From NCBI RefSeq assembly GCF_964355755.1, contig NC_092673.1:10884948-10948947 (forward strand): 64,000 nucleotides of DNA, in the 5' to 3' direction. This stretch comes from Antedon mediterranea (lineage: Eukaryota; Animalia; Echinodermata). Below the pieces are notes generated by a model. It was not told the DNA's origin, did not search any database, and was given only the letters and a program-made list of their open reading frames with translations. A program made the position numbers and the translations under genes. How positions within the stretch are numbered: the first letter of the stretch is position 1; each line of letters begins with the position of its first letter. Positions 36,798 through 47,929 of this stretch are shown one piece after another.

Positions 36798-37404
36798 TAA
36801 TTATGCTTCTTGTACTTCGTCATAGAACCTATCTCTATCCCAAGGTTGTTGTTTACTATATGTTCTAAAGTAGGTGCATATTATTATGCGCATACGAAAA
36901 GTACAAGCCTCGACCCAGGCTTACCTCCTCTACTTTCTATGTTGATTTGGGCTGTAATTACTCTCCGATATTTCCTTAAATTCCGCTTTAAAACTGCTCT
37001 CAACTAAAATTCCAACGCCATGACTTGTGTCATCAAATAATCATTTGAAAGTCCAACTAAAAGGTCCATTTGTCGATCTCCAAGCATTTATTTCGTTCGT
37101 TATCACGTTTACTTTAAACTCTATTTTTCGTCAACTTATTTCGTTGTACCAGGCGTCTCTTTGTTATTTCAATATGAAAGCAGAGGTAGACTGCACAGAG
37201 AGACAGACGTTACACGACACATGGATGATGAAGTCTACCCAAACTATCACGTGTTGTGCACTGCACAAAAACAACTAAACTCAAAAATTATTTTTCCCTT
37301 TGGAATTGTAATGGTGATTTTATCGTCATTTGTCAATTGTTTTGTGTTAGTTCGATTAAAGTTAAACCTTATTCAATTAAACATGTTGTTTTGAATGGTT
37401 TTTT

Positions 37405-39215
37405 TTGCTGCTGGTGGTATCTACAATATCTAAGGTAGGCTATACTTGGGGTAAATGGGGTCTCTAGTCTAACTTTAGAGGGGTCTGCCAGGGCCAAGGC
37501 AGTGTACAGATAGTCTGTATATAGGGGTGTCACGAAACCTAAGACCACAAAAGCTAAGACCCCCTAAGACCTAAGATCACGAAAGCTAAGACCCAAGACC
37601 TAAGATTGCAAATTCTAAGATATACTACAGCTTAAAAACAATACTTGTTTATCCATACATAATTTTAAACATAGTAGGTTTCATTTATTACCATAAATAT
37701 AATTAAATACTACCGCAAAACATAGATAAACTCACATTATTTTTGTCCGTTGAGTAAATGTATATTTTTTCTTTACAACAAACAAACTTGACTGGTTGTT
37801 TGTTGGTATATATTTACTCCATTGTGTTGGTTCAGAGGATGTTTTTCTTTCGCACCTGCCTTTCTTGTATTTTGACTCCAAATTTGTTAACTGACTTTAT
37901 TCTGAATATCACACTTTAAAATTAGGACTTATATAAGAACTTTCAGAAGGAAAAACACATAAAAACAAATAAATAAATCCTTTAAATTGATGTTTTTACA
38001 GACGTGTTTCTTTGTACATACTGTAACTCCTCATGCTCAATGTTTTTGTTTCTATGAAGCGCCAAAAGAGCAACAATAATAGTACAAGTATAAAAACAGA
38101 AAGAAAACGAAACAAAAAAACTTATTATCATGATTTTAAATTAAAATTTATTTGCGAGTATTTATTTCTTCGCACTAGCATGATTATACTATTATTATTA
38201 CAATTTTAATTTTACATTGTTCCATCCACACTGTAGATGGACTCCACAGAGTTTTCAGCACTCTATATAATTTTTGCTCTTTTTACGTTCCATAGAAACA
38301 AAAACATTGAACACTACAACTGTAGTACGTAGTGTAGGCTAGTCATGCGAAATTCGCAAACAGTATGTGTGCGAGAAAAACGTCTGTAAAATCATCAATT
38401 TAAAAATGTATTTGTTACTTTTTATGTGATTCTTTTTCATAAAGTGCTAATTCTAAGGTGTGGTATTCAGAATAAATGTTGAGTTAAAATACAAGGCAGG
38501 TGCAAAAGATAAATATTTGTAATCTTAGGTCTTGAGTCTTAGCTTTCGTGATCTTAGGTCTTAGGGGGTCTTAGCTTTCGTGGTCTTAGGTTTCGTGACA
38601 CCCCTGTATATCGGTCACTTGGTATTGCTTACAATGTGATCATATAACATTGAATGCTGGTGGTATCTACAATATCTAAGCTGGGATAGTTGGGGAAAGG
38701 GGGGTCTCTAGTCTAACTTTAGAGGGGTCTGCCAGGGCCAAGGCAGTGTACAGATAATCTGTAATAAGGTCATTTGGTATTTCTTACAATGTGCTAAATC
38801 ATATAACATTGGTTGCTGGTGGTATCTACAATATCTAAGCTGGGATAGTTGGAGAAAGGGGGGTCTCTAGTCGAACTTTAGAGGGGTCTGCCAGGGCCAA
38901 GGCAGTGTAGGCTACAGATATTTTGTAATAGGTCATTTGGTATTGCTTACAATGTGCTTAATCATATAACATTGGTTGCTGGTGGTATCTACAATATCTA
39001 AAGCTGGGCTAGTTTGGGAAAGAGGGGTCTCTAGTCTAACTTTAGAGAAGGCCTGCCTGGGCCAAAGCAGTGTACAGATAGTCTGTAATAGGTCATTTGG
39101 TATGCTTACAATGTGCTAAATCATATAACATTGGTTGCTGGTGGTATCTACAATATCTAAGCTGGGCTAGTTGGGGGAAGGGGGAAGGAGGAGGGGTCGC
39201 TAGTCTAACTTTATG
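37405..39215. repeat. ~160-bp tandem repeat, ~5 copies, first copy interrupted
   Basis: GCTGGTGGTATCTACAATATCTAA anchors near 37410, 38656, 38815, 38978 and 39137. Confidence 0.9.
37525..38603. mobile_element. Mutator-type foldback MITE (~1.08 kb)
   Basis: ~85-bp TIR GGGTGTCACGAAACCTAAGACC... with CTAAGAC repeats, plus an internal inverted segment (37850-38095 vs 38265-38510). TSD CTGTATAT(A/C)G, 8-10 bp, one mismatch. Confidence 0.85.
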
Positions 39216-39637
39216 GTGTCTGGCACTTGCGGTGCAGCAGACAATTAGTCTGTTGTTATCCATTTAGTATTGTATGAACACAACTTGTTCATTTGGCATT
39301 AATTTTGAGTGGTACCACACTCATCTATGCTATCCCCATTTTAGGCCCTCCCTTGGGCCTATTGCAGCAGACAAAAAGTCTGTCGTTTGTGATACTGGTA
39401 TAAGGATGCCAATGGGCATCCAATGGTGGTAAAATTAGGTGGTATCGCTCTCATCTAACCGGGACCAATTTTTTAGCACGTTTCGCCCACCCCCCCCCCC
39501 CCCCAACCCCAAGGTCTAGATGCAGCAGGGGGTACCTGGCAGACTCCCATTTTTATACTTCAAGTGATCCCCAACACACTTAAATAGTCAGATATTGGTA
39601 CCTAGCTCATCTAACCAAATGTCTCTGGGCTGCCCGT

Positions 39638-40310
39638 CTATATGTCAACCTGAACTACAGTCAATGCATCTTTTACTAGGATCGCGACTCCTCTATGTTT
39701 TAGTTTACTAAATAAATTATAACCTTCTAAATTAAAAATGTTCTCATCAATTTCATACAGATAATGTTTAGGTAAAATTTCATTTAAGATTATGATATCC
39801 GGTTTAAGCTGATTTATTCTTATTCGGAGTTCTGCCATTTTGTTAGTTAATGTATCACAATTAGTGTAAATAAACGAAAGATTATCTCTGTCAATGTTGA
39901 TAATCTTATTTCTTTGATAATTTAAATAAAAGTATTATTTCCTAAATTATAATTACTTTTTGTGTTTATTTTCTTTGTTTTATTAGTGTTGTGCCTGGTA
40001 TTGTTTGACCTGAGGGTTGTGGTTTGGGCTTGTCCGAAAGGGCGCCTTCACAATCTCGTAGTTTCTTATCATTAAATTGGTCTCACCAGCTTGCTCTCTT
40101 CTCTCTTTCTTGACTTCCAGCGTATTAAACCGGTCACGATCTAACTTGCTTCGGTCTCTACTAACCCCTTTAATTTTCTTATCCCATGCATTCTTAAGTA
40201 TAAGCTCCTTGTCTCTTGTATCATAGAAAACTAATTTAATAGGACATCTTTTATTAGGTTCTCGTTTGCCTAAACAGAAGAAAGTTCTGATTTTACTATC
40301 TACATGCTGT
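39638..40310 (-). mobile_element. CR1-type LINE relic: ORF1 C-terminus and start of ORF2 endonuclease
   Basis: ORF1-like LGK...RCPIKLVF...MIRNYEIVK; ORF2 YTNCDTLTNKMAEL...PDIIILNE...RGVAILVKD. Confidence 0.8.
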
Positions 40311-40329
40311 ATATCAAGCCCATGAAGGT

Positions 40330-40610
40330 ATTGTAGAATCAATATTGTTGTCAGATAATGTTTTGTTACATTTAAACTCGCAAGACGCACCAGGTGCATT
40401 AACATCGCAATTTTGTGAGTTGTCTTGTTCACAATCACCAAACGTTACAGAAGAAGAGGAACATTTGCAAATTCTTGGAATGTATCAACGATCTGTTTTT
40501 ATACCAACATATACAAGAACCAACTAGATTTAGAACCGGCCAAACACCAAGTATGCTGGATCTTATTTCTACCAACCAAGAAGACTTGATTAGTGATGTA
40601 ACCATTTAGT
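40330..40610 (+). mobile_element. CR1-type endonuclease C-terminal fragment in the opposite orientation
   Basis: FLECINDLFLYQHIQEPTRFR...SMLDLISTN. Confidence 0.75.
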
Positions 40611-41065
40611 CCAGGCAATCTGTGGATTGACCCAAAACAAATTGCAATAGTTTCAAAACTTTTTTTCTGATTCTGCAATTATTAGAGTGTTTTATTTTCA
40701 AAATCTACTAAAATCTGTTTAGTGGAACATATATTTTACTATTTAGAGCTCATTTGAGGTTAAAAATGTCTAAAATTGGTAATAATCAATATTTACCGAC
40801 ATAAACTAAGATAAATATCCTATCTACTATGATGTTTGGTACCACATGGTAGCTACTTCAATTATCTACCCAATGATAATATATATCAATAATAATAATA
40901 ATAATAATGGCTCTTAAATATGCTTCTAAATATTGTGTTCTAATGAAGGCCTGTGTTTTTGAGAAATCTTATTAACCAATATTATTGTGTGTGATTATCA
41001 AAATTTCTCAAAAATAGAGATCACCACTAAACATCTCAATACTGTGTTCTTTAGGGAGGTCACTG

Positions 41066-41166
41066 TTTTTTAGTCGCGTGCAACGCGACTCTACAGCTCA
41101 TTATGTTGGTCGATCAGTCAGTAAACACTAACTTGAGTACGCGACTGCAGCCATCTATGGCCTTGA
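41066..41166 (+). mobile_element. short HINE family B copy
   Basis: TTTTTAGTCGCGTGCAACGCGACT...GTACGCGACTGCAGCCATCTATGGCCTTG. Confidence 0.75.
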
Positions 41167-41659
41167 TCTATATAAAGTCACTAAGACTTCTCAATCTTAT
41201 GTTCTAGGGTCCATTCGAGAGATTTTTGTAAAATAAGAGATCATCAATAAACATTTCGATATTGTGTTCTTAGCAAATGTTTCTGATTTAAAGAAATCTT
41301 GAAAAATGAGACCCCCATTAAAAATTCTCAATATTGTGTAAAAAAAACAAAAACAGAGACCCAATATAGAATACAATATTAAGAAGATTTTTTAGTAGAG
41401 ATCTCTCTTTTGGAGATTTTTTGAAAAGAGAGACACAGTAAAACTTTTCATTATTGTGTTTAGGCTGGTCCCTGTTTTTAAGGTCTCTCAAAACCTCTAC
41501 TGTGTTTTATTAACAAAAACAAAAAACACATAAAACATAATATTGAAACTTTTAGTGGCATTGGCAGTCTCTGTTTTTGAAAACCGGAAAACAGAGACCC
41601 AGTATGAATACAATTTTTAGTGGGGATCTTCGTTTTCAAGAATTCCCGACAATAGCGAC

Positions 41660-42900
41660 TGCCCTATTAAGCTCTCTCTGGAATTCGGTCATAAGTGTGT
41701 AGGCAACAATGTTTCCAAGAATGACTAGTTTTAACAGGTCATCCAATAAGAACCGGAGGCGGTTGTTAAATGCACGGTTACAAATGTCCAGTCGGTCCTG
41801 TGGCTTTTCACCAGGATGATTGGAGTCGATAATTCAATGCCACTTTGGATTACATGTAAACGTAATTAAACAATCCGGCTTGCCGTACGTCCGCATTAAT
41901 GCCATTGCGTCTTGGTATTGTTGCGCATACCATCTGGGACTTCCGTAAATTGTAGGTGGAAGCACAATCACTTTGTCTAAGTTGCGTACATTATCTTGCC
42001 TGTTTACTGCGTCAATGAGGCATTTATATTTTTCAGCCCTAAGAACCTTCTGATTGTTGCGAGCCCTGCAAAGTCTTTGACGCTCTGCCTTTGAGAAAGC
42101 ATCAACAGCATATTGTTGCATAAGTCGGCGGCATTTTGAAATGGTGGTGAATTGATCTTTACGTGTCTGCAGCCGGTAGCAGTAATAGTTGGTAGGCGAC
42201 ATCTGTTTGTAATTCTGCAGCTTCATGTCGTCATGGTAACCGTCTTCATCGTGGGGAAACATGATGATATAATGAAGAGGATCGTATGAACGATGCGTGT
42301 CATAATTATATCCGTGTGAGCCTACCTCCGCGGAGATAAAGAATAATGTCAGTAGTATTGCATGATTCATTGAGCTGTAATACGGCTATTTCATTGGTTT
42401 GTGGTAAATTGTATTTTCTGTTATGTCCTGCACTGGGTTTGTGTTTGGTTGACAGTATTCGATTTTTGGAGGACAGGTTTGGCAATTCAATCACAGATTT
42501 AATACTTTTCATACTAGTCCCTTTAGTATAGTTGGGGTATGGTGTGGGGGTGAATTGGTACACCTTTGGTGAGCCTGTTGGTCATCTGTCGCGTCATAGA
42601 AGTAGAGCTTGAGCAAATTTTGGGGATGCTGGTGAATCAGGAAGTAATGAACCTATATAGTGATACACTTTACCGTGGACTTTGAATGTCCGCGAATATC
42701 CAGGTAGGGCGCTCCTCATTAACACCTATTGATGCAAGGGCCATAGCATTGTTGTCTGATGTTATTGAGGAATGATTGCTGGTTAAATAGTGTTCTGATA
42801 TATTTGGTAAAGAGGATAAGTCAACCTTTCCTTGTTTGCAGCATAATCCTATTGTTTCTTTTTCAAATCGGTATATCAAGCAATACTGGCATAGGTTATT
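41660..42900 (-). pseudogene. Helitron RepHel relic (N-terminal Cys region and first part of the Rep domain)
   Basis: LCCKQGKV, YNLPQTNEIAV, YDPLHY..MFP, QQYAVD, LPPTIYGSPRWYAQQYQDAMAL..YGKPD..ITFTCNPKW; multiple stops and frameshifts; no helicase in the window. Confidence 0.9.
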
Positions 42901-43353
42901 TTGGTTGAACAGTCCTTTTGGTTGAAAGTGTTCACGGGGTGAGGCACTGTGTTCTCGTTGACATCATAAGTAGTCTGAACAATACTATGTCTTTTTGGAC
43001 CATAATGAATCGTCGGTACGTGTTGAAGCAGCGATTGAGTACTGTCGGCCGCTGGGGTTAGTTTGGGAGTGGGCAACTGGCAGAACTGTTGCTGGCGTAG
43101 AACTGGGATGTAATAAAAATTGAATAAGTCAAATTCACTGTAGAAAATAACAAATTTTCATTGTCACTTCCTTATGTTGTATGTGGAATGAAAAAGAAAT
43201 TGTAGCCTAATGTTAAAGTGATGTCGTTCCTGTAACTGTCTCAGTATTAGTAATGTTTTGTTATTGTCATCAGATCGTCATCGTCGGCATCATCAGTAAT
43301 TTTTTGAAGCACGCAAATGGCCTAATTCATGCTCTAAATTGATCAAAACTTAA

Positions 43354-43865
43354 AGATGTTTTGTCCCTTGAAACACAAAAAAGGAAAAAAAAAATATTCT
43401 AAATTTAAATTGGCCATATATATCAAAGTAATATTAAAGTTATTCACTTTAAGTCGAAAATTTGAGCCAAAAAAAACAAGTTTACATAATTAACAGGTAA
43501 ATTAATTAGATTACATTTCATCTGGGAAATCGTCACAAGCGAAAGTAAACAAAGATTTCAAACAATGAGTATGCATATGCATGATGCTAATTAGGATTGT
43601 TTAACTCGTCACGGTTGAGAAGGTGTTTTCACACAGATCGCAAGGAAGATTTATGATTATGCATACAGAGTAGCCAAACAAGCGCATTGCATTATGAGAT
43701 ATGTTTTGATTGAAAACTTTCACTGGAAGTCAAAGTTATTTTTTTAACAAAAAAACATCTGTATTTCGGTTAAATTATTTTTTTTTTTTCGACTAATTTT
43801 TGGTGAAAGTTAATAACTCTTATGATACTTCAAAATTCGGAATTAGTCAAAGGGACAATACATCT
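43354..43865. mobile_element. Kolobok-type MITE
   Basis: TTAA TSDs; TIR AGATGT(T/A)TTGTCCCTT, related to the 31490 element. Confidence 0.85.
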
Positions 43866-43869
43866 TTAA

Positions 43870-44247
43870 TTTTGAGCTTTTTAAATTTTTAACGAGCGAT
43901 TTCACGTGCATGACCCTATATGCGAGTGCGTTTTAATTTTTTATTAATATTTTTACCCTTGATTAGAAGTTTACGTGATAGTGAATTTTATTAATATGTG
44001 ATAATGAATTATGGAGATTGATAATGTAATTTCACAAAATGGCGTGGAAATGACGTCACGGATAAGTGATCCAATGAAAAGCTTATTAGGACTAAGTTAA
44101 AGTATTTGAAAGACATTGTGAAATTCTTCATTGCCATTCAAATTTTTGAGATAATTGACACACAAAATCTGTACAGAAAGAAATAAATAATATTGATTTC
44201 ATACAATAACAATAGGTGATCATTTTATTCTAAATGATCACCTAAAA
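43870..44247 (-). mobile_element. degenerate third HINE-like family, 5' end
   Basis: Plus strand shows (GAAA) tract, TGATTTCATACAATAACAA and hairpin AGGTGATCATTT...AAATGATCACCT-AA, the same layout as the family A terminus. Confidence 0.55.
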
Positions 44248-44345
44248 AGATCCTCAGCAGGAATTGAATCAGGCTTGATAACCATTACACCAAACTCACA
44301 TTCACAAGGTTGTAGTGCAATTAGCCTAATCACACTCAGCACTAA

Positions 44346-44911
44346 GACCCCATTTACACTTAGGCCGGCCCTGGGTCGGCAATTGAAGTGTAAATACTCC
44401 AAAAAGTTAGGCCGGCCCTGGGCCGGACGCAGATCTGGGCCACCTCTCCAAGTAGGTTCAGGAGCGGCTTTTACGTTTTGGGCCGGCTTACGCAGTGAAC
44501 CGTGAACAACGTTTTTATGAGGTTGTTGTTAGATATTTTGTAAAAAGAACCTCCTCTTCATTATCCTCATCTGTGACTTCTTTCAATAAAGTATTCCTTC
44601 GCATATACATAAAATACAGCCATGTTATATATAAAACAGTGGGGTTCATTTTGTTTTTAACGGGACAAAAAACAACAATACAGTATAAATATAAAACGGT
44701 CGGTTCGCGCGGAAAGTTGAATTGACGATCGAGAGAGAAAAATGTAAACAAACTGTACTTCGTATCCCAGCATGCAATGGTACTTCCGATATAATTATTT
44801 ACGACCAGTAATCTGCGTCGCTAGTAAACGCTCTGGGCCGGCCTAAAAAGGTAAATATTTGCAACCGGCCCAGGACCGGCTCTGGACCCAAACGTAAGTG
44901 TAAATGGAGTC
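44346..44911. mobile_element. PIF/Harbinger MITE (566 bp)
   Basis: TAA TSDs; TIR GAC(C/T)CCATTTACACTTA; GGCCGGCCC subterminal repeats. Confidence 0.88.
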
Positions 44912-45159
44912 TAAGACAACAATGTTTAAAACATTTAAGGAAATCATATGTAGGGGAATTATACTGCCGTATGCACTCTCGGAGACCCCTTCATGGAATT
45001 GGAATATTGTTTTTGCATTTATTTTTTGTCACCTTGTCATTATAATTTTGTTGAACCAAGGTAGGATTTACTAGTGTATGGCCTTGCTAGGCCCACAGGG
45101 TATTTTTAACATGCAAAATGGTATTACTGTAGTTTAGAATTTTATATATTTTTTTGTAG

Positions 45160-45213
45160 GTTCCAGTAGAAAATGTCTTCAAAAGTGGTCACACAAATAA
45201 CTGGGCAGTTTTG
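45160..45213 (+). CDS. PIGK: GPI-anchor transamidase PIG-K exon 2 (VPVENVFKSGHTNNWAVL)
   Basis: 54-bp phase-0 exon between TTTTTTGTAG and GTAAGT. F.SGHTNNWAVL is the conserved N-terminal motif of PIGK/GPI8 (peptidase C13). Confidence 0.9.
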
Positions 45214-45369
45214 GTAAGTGCATTTTAAATAACTTTTGTACTTTTTTCAACTGTTGATGAATAAACATCAACCCTTGCCTGTGCAATGGACATATACGGT
45301 AGGCATTATACATCATTTATTAATTAAAAGAGTTCACATCTACATTATACTGTACGTATTCGAATCTCT

Positions 45370-45895
45370 TTAACATGTTCATATGTTGTTGATCTTCCGA
45401 AATTGCTATCATCATGTTTCATTTTAAACATTGGAATAAAAGGAGAGTCCTGTAATTTCACCTATTCTACACTGTATGTAGTATATACAGTATACTGTAT
45501 ACTAATTACTATAACACAAATAGACAGAATTCAGCACTAACAGCATATTCTTCTGTGTGCAACATTCCAGCGTGCGGATTACTAACGTCAAAGTGACAAG
45601 TTCTATGTTTTTCTTCTTTCTTTCTGTCATTATTTGTGGCTCGCGTAAAATGTGTTAACATAGATTTCATAACTTTGTCAACATATGAACATTATTATGA
45701 AGTTGTGCAGCATTTATTATTTAAAAACGTCAGAGTTGCGCAACATGACTTACGCGCGATTTATGAATTTCAATGATTGTTCATGTAAAAACCAAACATT
45801 ATTTTTTATTGACACTTTGTCATATCAATGGCAAACCTTTTGTTGATTAAAATTTCAAAATTGTTGTTGTTTAGCACATGCATTTGTGCGCACAG
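45370..45895 (+). mobile_element. degenerate HINE family A fragment spanning a unit-unit junction, orientation opposite to the array
   Basis: GCGGATTACTAACGTCAAAGTGACAAGTT followed by TTCTTCTTTCTTTCTG and the body of the next unit. Confidence 0.65.
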
Positions 45896-45900
45896 CTTGT

Positions 45901-47653
45901 CAGGCCCGTATCCAGGGGGGGTGCGTTGGGTGCAGACGCACCCCCCCCCCCCCAAGTCCCAAAAGGTCCACTATTTCCTCGGTTGGTATTTTTTCTTGTC
46001 TTGTTTAACTAAAGACAATATCATTATATATATACAAAATTTACATTATCAATGGTATACAAACAAAAATATGCTAATATAAAATGAAAAAATACCGGTA
46101 ATTAAATTACGGAATCTGAACTGACTACAAACTCGATGTAAAACATGCGCAGTCGATCATGTGACGACAAGCAATAGCTTAGCGCTTCATGTACGCGGTA
46201 CGCGGTAAAGTGTTTGCTGGAGAAATACAGACAACTTAACGTCAATGAACACGTGTACTTTTTGTCGGGGAATATAATATACAGTAAAAAGCGTTCGCGT
46301 TCACTTCGTAGCTAGCTTCAGCGCCTAGAAAACCGCGACGTTTCATTGACCGTGAGAGTGCGTCAGAGTGATATTATGCACTTTATATGCATTCATTATT
46401 GCCAGCGATCTAACTTACTACTAAACAATAGCTAGGTACGCACTTGTCTGGCGGTATCCCTTTGTACGAATCGTTCAACGTTGGGTCGAGACGCGTGATA
46501 TCAAGTTTCATCCAGGGACCAAAATGTGTAATGTGTTATTTTCCAGGCGAAGTTTACCGACGGTTACGTCGTGTACTGCGTCGACGTACGCTACACTACA
46601 GCAAAAACGAATTATGTTAATTGTTCGTTTGTTCACCAATTTTTTAATTTACAAGTAACCTTCTGTACCATGGGGCACCTAAAATAAATTTTTCATCCAT
46701 TACTAAACAAAAAAACATGCCATTTTCGCTTAGCCAACATTATAGCTATAGTTATTACATTTTCAATATCCTGTATGTCATGAATTTCTCACCACTCGGA
46801 AGTCCAGATGGTACGCATGCATACACCTGGGAGGAATAAACTTTTTTCCCCGACTGAAAAAGGTCTACGCTTGCGTTTTTTAAGCCTCTAGGCCTGATGT
46901 TTCCAAAGTATAAAATGCAATTTTGAAGACCTGTAGCTCTAGTTTTAAACATTTTCTTAGCTCAGCCCCAACAATAAAGCTGGTCATATTTCGAAGAACA
47001 AGAAGTACATTTTCCGGGACCTAACATCTCTATTTTTCAAACATTTCTTAGCTCAGTCACAACCCATGATAGGGACTTATATATTTTTTTTCATGTTTTG
47101 AAGTATAATAAGTCCAATTTCCGGGACCTCCAACTCTATTTTTCAAAATTTTCTTTGAACTTTTATTTTTTAAATTGAAAAATATGGATTGAAACAGTCA
47201 TCGCGCATCGTTTTTTTGCACGCAGTATTTTATTTATGCATTATAAAAAATGGAAAAAATGGCTACCCTAAATCTGATTTAAAAGACCTCAAATGACGCT
47301 AGAACGCGTTGCTTCCGGGGGCTTCGCCCCCCTGGACCCCCACCGGGGGCCCTTGGCGGCCCCTGGCCCTCAGCCTAGTGATGCTCGCATAGCCCCTCGT
47401 CGGGGATTGTAGCCCCCGCGTCGGGAAGATCCTGGCGCCACCCCTGCTGAGTTGGCCTCATCATGAAAGCGTTAAGTTCTGGTGTCCATCGTTCAACTAG
47501 CCCAAGCCACAACAGAGAGTCTTACATCAGTCTTTAGAACGTCAAATAACGCAAATTTTTGCTGATCGGGGGCCCTTGGCGGCCCCCTGGCCCTCAGCCA
47601 TTGTTGCTCGCTTCGCTCGCACCCCCCCATTATAAATGCTGCATACGGGCCTG
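45901..47653. mobile_element. non-autonomous TIR element with 5-bp TSD, containing a second element at 46250-47446
   Basis: TIR CAGGCCCGTAT(C/G)CAG; TSD CTTGT (45896-45900, 47654-47658). Confidence 0.8.
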
Positions 47654-47929
47654 CTTGTACAAAGCAAAGAAAAATAGTTTTTGCAATTGAGTTTATTTTT
47701 CATACCTGTAATAGATTTCATTCATTTTGATGAACTTTAATGGCAAAATAACGATGTATGTGTTGAACAATAATAATTGTGTGCTAAAGAATAGGTAATT
47801 TAATGCAAATTTGTGCAGGTAATTTTCTTGAAAAAGTTCTTATTAGACTGAATAGAAACATATACCTTCAGGTTAATTTGAGCCCTATTTAAAGTTTTTC
47901 TAACTGTTACGGAGTTATATCATATATCG

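Larger units (their letters stand above)
33500..37260 (-). mobile_element. RTE-like LINE relic (AP endonuclease + RT), fragmented by insertions and a deletion
   Basis: YAPT, GDMNAKTG...VGRYG...NNNG (EN); PKPGK..NIRPIILLS, LDMTSAFDTV, GVPQGDCMS, YADD, YLG (RT). Boundaries approximate. Confidence 0.85.
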
